DNA from: an uncultured Planctomycetia bacterium
Lineage (GTDB): Bacteria > Omnitrophota > Gorgyraeia > 1-14-0-20-64-10
Reading direction: 5' to 3'
DNA length: 59,509 bases
Assembly (NCBI GenBank): GCA_964603095.1
Contig: CAZRTR010000003.1
Coordinates: 1-59,509 of the forward strand
Of the stretch, positions 34,980 through 42,371 are shown in pieces. The position numbers and the translations under genes were made by a program. The notes beneath the pieces were generated by a model, which was not told where the DNA came from, did no database searches, and worked only from the letters and a program-made list of their open reading frames with translations. Within the stretch, counting starts at the first letter, position 1. The number at the start of each line of letters is the position of its first letter.

Positions 34980-36004
34980 AAGCCGTTCTTCTGAATCAGC
35001 ATGGCGGGTTGGAGGCCCTCAAGTACGGCGAGGTTCCGATCCCGAAGTTGGATGAAACCCAAGCCCTCGTCGAGGTGGAGGCCTGCGGGCTGAATCACCT
35101 GGACCTGTGGATCCGCCGGGGGCTGCCGGGGATCCAGATCCCGCTTCCCCACGTGCTCGGATGCGAGGTCGTCGGGAGGGTCTCCAAGGTGGGGGCCAAG
35201 GTGACCCATGTCAAGCCGGGGGATCGGGTCCTGGTGGCTCCTGGAATCAACTGCGGTTCCTGCCCCGCCTGCCTGAACGGCCGGGAGTCGCTGTGCCGGG
35301 AGTTCAAGATCATGGGGCTTCAGGTCGACGGCGGCTACGCCGAAGTGACCGCCGCACCGGGAAGGAACCTGATCCCTGTCTCCTCGAAGCTCAAGCCGGA
35401 GGAGTGGGCCGCGGTTCCGCTGGTTTTCATGACCGCCTGGCACATGCTGGTGACCCGGGGAGGGTTGAAGGCGGGGGAATCGGTTCTGGTCCATGCCGGC
35501 GGCTCCGGTGTCGGATCGGCGGCGATCCAGGTGGCCAAGCTGTGCGGGGCGACGGTCTTCACCACCGTCGGTTCCGAGGGAAAGATGCGCAAGGCCCGGC
35601 TCTTGGGGGCCGACTGGGTGATCAATTACCACAAGAGGGACTTCGCCGAGGAGATCCACCGCCTGACCGAAGGGCGGGGGGTGGATCTGGTTCTGGAGCA
35701 TATTGGCCCGGCCACCTGGCGAGACAGCATGAAGTGTCTGGCCCGGGGAGCGCGGCTGGTCACCTGCGGGGCCACCACCGGCCCGATCGTGGAGATCGAC
35801 CTGCGCTTCTTCTTCACCAAGGAGCTGAGCGTCATCGGCTGCTACATGGGCAGCCGCCGGGAGCTGGAGGAGGTGCTGCGCCTGGTGGCGGAGGGGCGCT
35901 TGAAGCCGGTGGTCGACACCGTCTTTCCTTTAAAGGAGGCGGCCAAGGCCCAGGCGAAGATGGAGAGCCGGGAATTCTTCGGGAAGCTGGTTCTGAAAGT
36001 GTGA
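34976..36004 (+). CDS. zinc-type alcohol dehydrogenase/quinone oxidoreductase family protein
   Basis: GCEVVGRV, the structural-Zn motif CGSCPACLNGRESLC, and GGSGVGSAAIQ. Confidence 0.85.
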   Translation: MKAVLLNQHGGLEALKYGEVPIPKLDETQALVEVEACGLNHLDLWIRRGLPGIQIPLPHVLGCEVVGRVSKVGAKVTHVKPGDRVLVAPGINCGSCPACLNGRESLCREFKIMGLQVDGGYAEVTAAPGRNLIPVSSKLKPEEWAAVPLVFMTAWHMLVTRGGLKAGESVLVHAGGSGVGSAAIQVAKLCGATVFTTVGSEGKMRKARLLGADWVINYHKRDFAEEIHRLTEGRGVDLVLEHIGPATWRDSMKCLARGARLVTCGATTGPIVEIDLRFFFTKELSVIGCYMGSRRELEEVLRLVAEGRLKPVVDTVFPLKEAAKAQAKMESREFFGKLVLKV

Positions 36005-36005
36005 C

Positions 36006-37079
36006 ATGGTGACCGAGCAGGCGGTCTGGGAGGCGTTAGCCAAGGTGGAGGATCCGGAACTCCACCGGGATGTCGTCTCTCTTGGCATGATCCAGAATCT
36101 GAAGGTGGAGGGGGATCAGGTTTCCTTGACTTTAGTCCTGACCACCCCCGCCTGCCCGGTTCGGGGGAAGTTTGAGCAGGATGTCCGGGCCGCTGTCGCT
36201 TCGATTCCGGGGATTTCCAAGGTGGAGCTGGCCACCTCCGCCATGGTCAGGTCGACCCGCCCCTTTGACCAGCAGGGGATGCCCGGCGTCCGGAACGTCA
36301 TCGCCGTCGCCAGCGGCAAAGGGGGAGTCGGCAAGACCACGGTGTCGGTCAACATCGCTGTGGCCCTGGCGAAAGAGGGGGCCAAGGTGGGACTGATGGA
36401 CGCCGACATCTACGGCCCGAACGTCCCCCTCATGATGGGGTTGACTGCCGTGCCGGCCCTGAAGGATCAGAGAATCGTCCCGGCGGAGAATTTCGGGGTC
36501 AAGGTGATGTCGATGGGGTTCCTGATCCGGCAGGAGGAGGCGGTGATCTGGCGGGGGCCGATGCTCCACGGGGCGATCAACAAGTTCTTGAAAGAGGTGG
36601 AGTGGGGGGATCTGGATTACCTCGTGGTGGATCTTCCGCCCGGGACCGGCGACGTGCAGTTGTCCCTCTCCCAATCGATCCCGCTGACCGGAGCCCTCAT
36701 CGTCACCACCCCGCAGGACGTGGCCCTGCAGGATGTCCGCCGCTCGATCGCCATGTTCGAGAAGGTGAAGGTTCCGATTCTGGGTGTCGTGGAGAACATG
36801 TCCGGGTTTGTTTGCCCCCACTGCGGCAAGCCGACCGACATCTTCTCCAAGGGGGGCGGGGCGGAGGCGGCGCGGCGGCTGAAGATTCCGTTTCTGGGGG
36901 AGGTCCCGCTCGTCCCGGAGGTCCGGATCGGCTCCGACACCGGGCACCCGATCGTCCTGACCCACCCCGATTCTCCGGCGGCGGCGGCGTTGATCCAAGC
37001 GGCGAAGAGGATGGCGGCGCAGGTCTCCATCCTGGCGGTCGATGAGGCGGAGCATCGCAAAACCGTATGGAAAGTGTAG
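36006..37079 (+). CDS. apbC: Mrp/NBP35 (ApbC) Fe-S cluster carrier ATPase
   Basis: N-terminal DUF59-like domain, the deviant Walker A SGKGGVGKTT, and CPHCG. Confidence 0.88.
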   Translation: MVTEQAVWEALAKVEDPELHRDVVSLGMIQNLKVEGDQVSLTLVLTTPACPVRGKFEQDVRAAVASIPGISKVELATSAMVRSTRPFDQQGMPGVRNVIAVASGKGGVGKTTVSVNIAVALAKEGAKVGLMDADIYGPNVPLMMGLTAVPALKDQRIVPAENFGVKVMSMGFLIRQEEAVIWRGPMLHGAINKFLKEVEWGDLDYLVVDLPPGTGDVQLSLSQSIPLTGALIVTTPQDVALQDVRRSIAMFEKVKVPILGVVENMSGFVCPHCGKPTDIFSKGGGAEAARRLKIPFLGEVPLVPEVRIGSDTGHPIVLTHPDSPAAAALIQAAKRMAAQVSILAVDEAEHRKTVWKV

Positions 37080-37303
37080 CGGCGGACGAGGTGCTGGACT
37101 GCTATGGGCTCCTGTGCCCGGTTCCGGTGCGCAAGACGGCGCAGGCGATTGCGGGACTCCTCCGGGGCCAGGTGCTGCACGTGGTCGCCACCGACGAATG
37201 GTTCGGCCCGGATCTGGAGGCCTGGCTTCGCCACCAGCCCCATCAGCTTCTTGGCCTGGAGCAGGTCGGGCAGGAGATCCACGCCTACCTTAAGAAGCAG
37301 TGA
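37067..37303 (+). CDS. TusA/SirA-like sulfurtransferase
   Basis: 78 aa with the LDCYGLLCPVP active-site Cys-Pro motif. Confidence 0.75.
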   Translation: MESVAADEVLDCYGLLCPVPVRKTAQAIAGLLRGQVLHVVATDEWFGPDLEAWLRHQPHQLLGLEQVGQEIHAYLKKQ

Positions 37304-38100
37304 CTCCCGCCATCGTTGTTGAACATCTCGTCAAGACCTTCAATGGGCTGACGGCGGTCGACGATCTTTCCTTTGACGTTCCCACCGGAGAGCTGTTCGG
37401 GTTCCTCGGGCCCAACGGGGCGGGGAAGACCACCACGATCAACATCCTGTGCACCCTGCTCACCCCCAACAAGGGCCGATGCTCCGTGGCCGGGTTCGAT
37501 TGCCTCACCCAGCCGTTTCAGGTCCGGCGGTCGATCGGGATCGTCTTCCAGGATCCGTCGCTGGACGAGCGGCTGACCGCCTGGGAGAACCTGGAGTTCC
37601 ACGGGATGATCTACCATCTTCCGAAGAAGGTCCGCCGGCGGCGGATGGAAGAGGTTCTGAACCTGGTGGAGCTGACGGAGCGGCGCCATTCGATCGTGCG
37701 CACCTTCTCCGGCGGAATGAAACGGCGACTGGAGGTGGCCCGGGGCCTGATGCACCAGCCAAAGGTCCTCTTTTTGGACGAGCCGACGATCGGGCTGGAT
37801 CCCCAGACCCGGCACCGGATCTGGGAGACGATCGACAATCTGCGCAGGGAGCATCGGGTGACCCTGTTCCTCACCACCCACTCGATGGAGGAGGCGACCC
37901 GCTGCGCCCGGGTGGCGATCCTGGACCGGGGGAAGCTCCTGGCGCTGGATCAGCCGAAGAATCTGATTGAGCGGCACCGAACCGGGAATCTGGAGGAGGT
38001 CTTCCTGAAGATCACCGGCCACGACCTGAGAGACAACCAGACCGCCTCCGAGGGAGAGATGGCCAGGCAAAGTCTGCGCCGCCTCAAGCGATGGCGTTGA
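37300..38100 (+). CDS. ABC transporter ATP-binding protein (ABC-2/DrrA-like)
   Basis: Walker A GPNGAGKTT, signature FSGGMKRRL, and Walker B LFLDEP. Confidence 0.9.
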   Translation: MTPAIVVEHLVKTFNGLTAVDDLSFDVPTGELFGFLGPNGAGKTTTINILCTLLTPNKGRCSVAGFDCLTQPFQVRRSIGIVFQDPSLDERLTAWENLEFHGMIYHLPKKVRRRRMEEVLNLVELTERRHSIVRTFSGGMKRRLEVARGLMHQPKVLFLDEPTIGLDPQTRHRIWETIDNLRREHRVTLFLTTHSMEEATRCARVAILDRGKLLALDQPKNLIERHRTGNLEEVFLKITGHDLRDNQTASEGEMARQSLRRLKRWR

Positions 38101-38843
38101 CGCTGGCTCCGATTTGGATGATCTGGAGGCGGGACCTGATCCGCCTCTCCCGGGACCGGGCCCAGATCGCCGGGTCGCTGGCCCGGCCGCTCCTGTGGCT
38201 GGTCCTGCTGGGCCTGGGGATGGGCTCCGCCTTTCCCGGCTTCGGCGGCGTCCGGTACATCGAGTATCTTTTCCCCGGGGTGGTGGCCTTGAACCTGTTG
38301 TTCGCCTCCTTTCTGTCGGCCATCTCCGTGATCTGGGACCGGGAATTCGGATTCCTGAAAGAGATGCTCGTCGCCCCGATCTCCCGCTCCGCGATCGCCT
38401 TCGGAAAGACGGCCAGCGGGGCGACGGTCTCCTGCATCCAGGGGTGCCTCGTCCTGGCCTTCCTGCCGTTGGTGGGGATCTCGGTGGAGCCGTGGCGGCT
38501 TTTGTCAGCGATCCCGGTGATGCTGCTCATCTCCTTCACCATGACCTCTCTGGGGTTGGTCGTCTCCTCCCGGATGACCTCCTTCGAGGGGTTCGGGACG
38601 ATCGCCAACTTCCTGATCATGCCGATGTTCTTCCTCTCCGGGGCGATCTTCCCCCTGGAGACGGCCCCCCCGTGGATCCGGCTCGTCTCCCGGATCAACC
38701 CGATGAGCTTCGCGGTCGATGGGCTGCGGACCGTCTTCCTGGGAACTCACCGGTTCCCCCTCCTCTGGGACCTGGCGGTTTTGTTCGCCTTCGCCGCCGT
38801 GGCGGTGACCCTCGCCGTCCGCTCCTTCCGCCGCCTCGCGTAG
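38091..38843 (+). CDS. ABC-2 type transporter permease
   Basis: 250 aa with 6 hydrophobic helices. It overlaps the ATPase gene. Confidence 0.85.
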   Translation: MALTLAPIWMIWRRDLIRLSRDRAQIAGSLARPLLWLVLLGLGMGSAFPGFGGVRYIEYLFPGVVALNLLFASFLSAISVIWDREFGFLKEMLVAPISRSAIAFGKTASGATVSCIQGCLVLAFLPLVGISVEPWRLLSAIPVMLLISFTMTSLGLVVSSRMTSFEGFGTIANFLIMPMFFLSGAIFPLETAPPWIRLVSRINPMSFAVDGLRTVFLGTHRFPLLWDLAVLFAFAAVAVTLAVRSFRRLA

Positions 38844-38883
38844 ATTTTTTGCAATTAATTTTGTTGCTCTGACAATCGATCTG

Positions 38884-38892
38884 TGGTATCTT
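38884..38892 (+). promoter_or_regulatory. extended -10-like element TGGTATCTT
   Basis: Upstream of the retropepsin-like gene. An RBS, gaggagga, precedes ATG 38918. Confidence 0.35.
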
Positions 38893-38917
38893 AATGAGTA
38901 GAGAAGAGGAGGAATGG

Positions 38918-39280
38918 ATGGGTGCTGTCCACGTTAAGGTAAAGTTGTTGGGGTTGCCGGACCGCCCAGTTGAGCCGCAAACGGTTGAGGCGCTGGTCGA
39001 TACCGGAGCTACTCTTTCTATTCTGCCAGGAGCGCTGTTGAGGAAAGTGGGTGTTAAATCGCTTCATTCAGTAAGGACCCGGCTAGCGGACGGAACCATT
39101 GTCCGGCGGTCTGTCGGTGAGGCAAGATTAAAACTGAACGGCGAAATCGTCACTACGCGCGTCCTTTTCGGTCAGAAACATGATGCCACCGTCATCGGTC
39201 TGGTCACTCTGGAGAGCTTAGGTCTTACCGTGGATCCTGTCCGCCGCCGCCTCGTCCACACCGATTATCTGATGCTGTAG
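38918..39280 (+). CDS. retropepsin-like aspartic protease (single domain)
   Basis: ALVDTGATLSILP (D-T-G-A catalytic motif) and the later VIGLVTLESLGL. AT-richer than its neighbours. ATG 38894 is an alternative start. Confidence 0.75.
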   Translation: MGAVHVKVKLLGLPDRPVEPQTVEALVDTGATLSILPGALLRKVGVKSLHSVRTRLADGTIVRRSVGEARLKLNGEIVTTRVLFGQKHDATVIGLVTLESLGLTVDPVRRRLVHTDYLML

Positions 39281-39306
39281 TCTCCTTCCGGGTATCCCTT
39301 CCTCTG

Positions 39307-39335
39307 TTGACAAGTGGAATGGGCCTTGGTAACCT
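39307..39335 (+). promoter_or_regulatory. sigma-70-like promoter TTGACA-N17-TAACCT
   Basis: Read directly from the sequence, about 37 nt upstream of ATG 39372. Confidence 0.4.
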
Positions 39336-39371
39336 ACCGTTAGTGTTTTCTAAAGACTTAAGAACTCCCCG

Positions 39372-40634
39372 ATGATCAAGCAAACGAAGATTCAAGCTAT
39401 CCCGATCTGGCTACTCATCTTCACGCTGGCCATCCCGCCTACTTCCGCCCACGCCCTGCGGCACGCCGTTCGCCCTGAGCCTGTCGAAGGGCAGACCCTG
39501 TGCAACATGAACGCCGAGCGTGCCGGCCTCGAGGAGGAGCTCACGCGAGCCCTCACCGGCTCCGCCGGGCTGGAGGAGAAGAAGCGGATCGCGAGGAGGG
39601 ATCTGCTGGCATGGGGCATTGGGGTGGCATCCGGGGTGCCGGCCACGTTGGCGGCCCTGGCGGTCAGAGAGGCCCTGTGGAGGGGTCACTCGACACTACC
39701 GATGGTTCGACTTCCCATCCCCCTGCCCAAGGCGTCTGTCGGAGAGAAGGACCTCCGGGTGAATCTGCCTGAGGTGTTGGCAGGTCGGGTGGCGGTCCCG
39801 TATCTGCTGATCGGTGACCGGTATCAGCCGCAGCCCTCCCTCAAGACCGTTCCGAGCGATGGAGTTGTGACGTTCCGCATCCAATCCGAGGATCCGGAGG
39901 AATTGTACGTTAACTGGTGGAAGGCCAGAGGGATTCGTATCGTCGTCTTTGAGGACCCAAAAGAGGCGCGGAAGGGCAAAGAAGCGATCATTGTCGTTGC
40001 GATTGGAAAACCAACCATTTTTGGACGTGCCTCGGCCGCCATCATCCGGGGCAAGCTGCCTTCTCTATCGGTTGAGCCGGAGGTGACGATTCAGCCGCCC
40101 GCTGGGTTGGAGGAGGTTCCTCGACTGGCCTCAGCCCTCCGGGGTTTCTTCGCCAACCAGCGATTGACTTCCGCCCCTGTTCCCCAAGAAACGTTGACCG
40201 TTGTGGATTTGACGGCGCCGACAGGGGTCTTGTTGGCGCCGGAACTGCCTCCCGGTGTCATCGGAATCGTCCGGCGGGAGGATTATCCGACGATTCTGCA
40301 GGTGGTTTCTGCAGAGCGGGCCCTTCCGAGGCAAAACGAGCATCTCTTCTTCCTTGAAGACTACCCGGATTTCGTCGAGGCGGTCTGGAGCGTTGTTTCA
40401 AGAAGCGGGTCGGATTTGGAGGGGCTGCGGCTCATCACTGGGCGATCGGGTGAGGAGTTAGGCGGTTTGATCCAGCGATTGAGTGGGCAAGGCCTGGAGA
40501 TCCATCTCGTTCGTGTCAAAACGGCGCAGGATATCCTCAAGCTCCTCTGGGTAAACGACCAGTCCCGTTCCGGTCTGGAAGAACTCCTCCAGCGATCCCA
40601 AGCCAACTGGGTTGCCCTGGCCGATTATCTCTAA
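39372..40634 (+). CDS. hypothetical protein with four xGLEE motifs, N-terminal signal-like segment and RR-hydrophobic segment
   Basis: 420-aa ORF. Its N-terminus resembles the giant ORF's (..SAHALRHA vs ..SYALRQT, followed by GLEE motifs). xGLEE codons lie at 39522, 39564, 40101 and 40569. ARRDLLAWGIGVASGVPATLAALA is Tat-signal-like. ATG 39507 is an alternative start. Confidence 0.65.
   Translation: MIKQTKIQAIPIWLLIFTLAIPPTSAHALRHAVRPEPVEGQTLCNMNAERAGLEEELTRALTGSAGLEEKKRIARRDLLAWGIGVASGVPATLAALAVREALWRGHSTLPMVRLPIPLPKASVGEKDLRVNLPEVLAGRVAVPYLLIGDRYQPQPSLKTVPSDGVVTFRIQSEDPEELYVNWWKARGIRIVVFEDPKEARKGKEAIIVVAIGKPTIFGRASAAIIRGKLPSLSVEPEVTIQPPAGLEEVPRLASALRGFFANQRLTSAPVPQETLTVVDLTAPTGVLLAPELPPGVIGIVRREDYPTILQVVSAERALPRQNEHLFFLEDYPDFVEAVWSVVSRSGSDLEGLRLITGRSGEELGGLIQRLSGQGLEIHLVRVKTAQDILKLLWVNDQSRSGLEELLQRSQANWVALADYL
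39468..39492. repeat. hairpin repeat family C (partial), translated
   Basis: gttcgccc-tgagcctgtcgaa-gggc encodes VRPEPVEG, inserted right after the HALRHA segment. Confidence 0.8.
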
Positions 40635-40660
40635 GCAGGTTCCTCAGGATGACATGGCTA

Positions 40661-40669
40661 TGGTATCCT
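40661..40669 (+). promoter_or_regulatory. extended -10-like element TGGTATCCT
   Basis: Lies 22 nt upstream of ATG 40692. An RBS, ggaggg, lies between them. Confidence 0.35.
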
Positions 40670-40691
40670 AAGAAGTGGAGGGAAGGACCCG

Positions 40692-40904
40692 ATGGTGAAA
40701 TCAATTCGTCGTTACACCGAGGAGTCGGAGCGTCAACGTGTCCGCCACTTGCAGCAGCTCACCTGCCGAGAATCTGCAGCGATCTTGGAACTCCTCCTTC
40801 GCTCTCGTCTGGCGTTTGAACTCCATTTTGCGGAAGACGACCATCCCATAGCTCTGTCTCATTACCACCGTTTTCATCCGAACAGACGTCGAAAAGCGGC
40901 GTGA
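40692..40904 (+). CDS. small protein, partner of nucleotidyltransferase (cassette 3)
   Basis: 70 aa with a GTGA overlap onto the downstream NTase. Confidence 0.45.
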   Translation: MVKSIRRYTEESERQRVRHLQQLTCRESAAILELLLRSRLAFELHFAEDDHPIALSHYHRFHPNRRRKAA

Positions 40905-41473
40905 AGGCACCCACCCTTGAGGATGTCTACGGAACCTTTCTGGGCGTCCTCCATTCCTCTCGACAGCGCTACCTGGTGATCGGTGCATTGGCCGTGGGAA
41001 TGCTGGGCGAGGCTCGCCTCACGCACGACCTGGATTTCCTGCTGTTCCTGTCCTCGGAGGAGCTTCCCCGATTTCTTCGGCGGGTCAAGCAGCGAGGATT
41101 CCAGTTCGATTCCAAGACGATTCATCAGCACGCCAGCGAAACGGGAGCTTTTCGATTGTCCTATCACGGGGTTCCCGTTGACTGTTTGATGGCGACCACT
41201 TCTCTGGAAGAACAGATGTGGCATCGGTCCAAGAAGCTGCGCCTTCACCGGCGGCTGGCCCATTTCCCTTCTCCTGAAGATCTGATTCTGCTCAAGCTGC
41301 TGCCCGGGCGCCCCAAGGACCTCCTGGATGTGGAGAGCATCTTTACCCGCCGCGGAAAAGGTTTAGATGTGGGGTATCTGAAGAAAACGGCCCAACGGAT
41401 GGCCGATGAGCTTCAAGATGCCCGGATTTGGCACCGACTCCAGCCCCTCTTAAAGTCCGCGAGCTCCCGTTAG
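40901..41473 (+). CDS. minimal nucleotidyltransferase-fold protein (paralog 3)
   Basis: LVIGALAVGMLGEARLTHDLDFLL and PEDLILLKLLPGRPKDLLDVESIF. Confidence 0.78.
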   Translation: MKAPTLEDVYGTFLGVLHSSRQRYLVIGALAVGMLGEARLTHDLDFLLFLSSEELPRFLRRVKQRGFQFDSKTIHQHASETGAFRLSYHGVPVDCLMATTSLEEQMWHRSKKLRLHRRLAHFPSPEDLILLKLLPGRPKDLLDVESIFTRRGKGLDVGYLKKTAQRMADELQDARIWHRLQPLLKSASSR

Positions 41474-41511
41474 GTTCCCGCCGGAAGTCATTGCGCCTCA
41501 TTCGATAAATT

Positions 41512-41520
41512 CGGTACAAT
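41512..41520 (+). promoter_or_regulatory. -10-like element CGGTACAAT
   Basis: Lies 6 nt upstream of GTG 41527, so the mRNA may be leaderless. Confidence 0.3.
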
Positions 41521-41526
41521 AACGAA

Positions 41527-42312
41527 GTGCGCCGAGTTTACGTCGATGTCGGGGGATTGACCTGCCCGAAGAAAGGATCGAAGTCGGTGGTGGAGGCGCT
41601 GAACCGGGCGATCCGGCGGGCCGGGTTGGAGCAGGAGGTTCAGGTGATTCCCCGGGGCTGCTTCGGGCTGTGCAACCTGGCCCCGAACCTGTACATCGAG
41701 CCGGACGGGATCTGGTACTCCCGATTCACCGTCCGGGACGCCTCGATCATCGTCCGGAAGCATCTGGTGAAGGGAAAGCCGGTCACCCGGCTCATCCATT
41801 ATCCGGTTCGGCGGGAAATCAACGGAAAGAGAGGAGGTGTTCGGATGCCGGAGACACTCGTGGCACGGGAAGTGGAGGTGGGGGAGATCGCCCCCGATTT
41901 CGCCCTCAAGGATCAGGACGGCAAAGAGGTGGCCCTCTCCAGCTTTCGGGGGAAGAAGAATGTGGCGCTTTGCTTTTACCCCTTCGACTGGAGCCCGGTC
42001 TGCACGACGGAGAACTGCGCCTTGACGGAGGATCTGCCGAAGTTTGAAGGCAAGGACACGGTGATCCTCGGGGTCAGCTGCGACTCCCATTTCTCCCACA
42101 AGGCCTGGAGGGAGAGCATGGGGTTGAAGCAGACCTTGTTGAGCGATCTGAAGCGGGAGGTGTCGAAGAAGTACGGGCTTTTCTTCGAGGATCTGAACTG
42201 CTCGAAGAGGGCCACCGTGGTGATCGACCGGTCGGGGAAGGTGATCTTCAAGAAGGTTCAGGAGATCAAAGTGCCGAGGAACAATCAAGAGATTATCGCT
42301 GCGCTCAAGTGA
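41527..42312 (+). CDS. fusion protein: thioredoxin-like ferredoxin domain (3 Cys) + peroxiredoxin (Bcp/AhpC-TSA) domain
   Basis: The N-terminal domain aligns with ORF 7848 (LTC...GCFGLC, WY). The Prx part has [13 protein letters not shown]. Confidence 0.78.
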   Translation: MRRVYVDVGGLTCPKKGSKSVVEALNRAIRRAGLEQEVQVIPRGCFGLCNLAPNLYIEPDGIWYSRFTVRDASIIVRKHLVKGKPVTRLIHYPVRREINGKRGGVRMPETLVAREVEVGEIAPDFALKDQDGKEVALSSFRGKKNVALCFYPFDWSPVCTTENCALTEDLPKFEGKDTVILGVSCDSHFSHKAWRESMGLKQTLLSDLKREVSKKYGLFFEDLNCSKRATVVIDRSGKVIFKKVQEIKVPRNNQEIIAALK

Positions 42313-42319
42313 CGAAGGC

Positions 42320-42362
42320 ATCCTCGCGCAAGCGAGGATCTGATTCCCGCTTTCGCGGGAAT
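42320..42362. repeat. hairpin repeat family D, two tandem units
   Basis: atcctcgc-gcaa-gcgaggat and attcccgc-tttc-gcgggaat lie between the Prx stop and the nuoB start. Confidence 0.85.
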
Positions 42363-42371
42363 GACGGAGAA

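Noticed and set aside
42309-42371. Track start for the nuoBCD ORF, giving N-terminus [21 protein letters not shown]
   Set aside because: These residues are the translation of two family D hairpin repeats. ATG 42372 has a ggaga RBS and yields a normal NuoB N-terminus.
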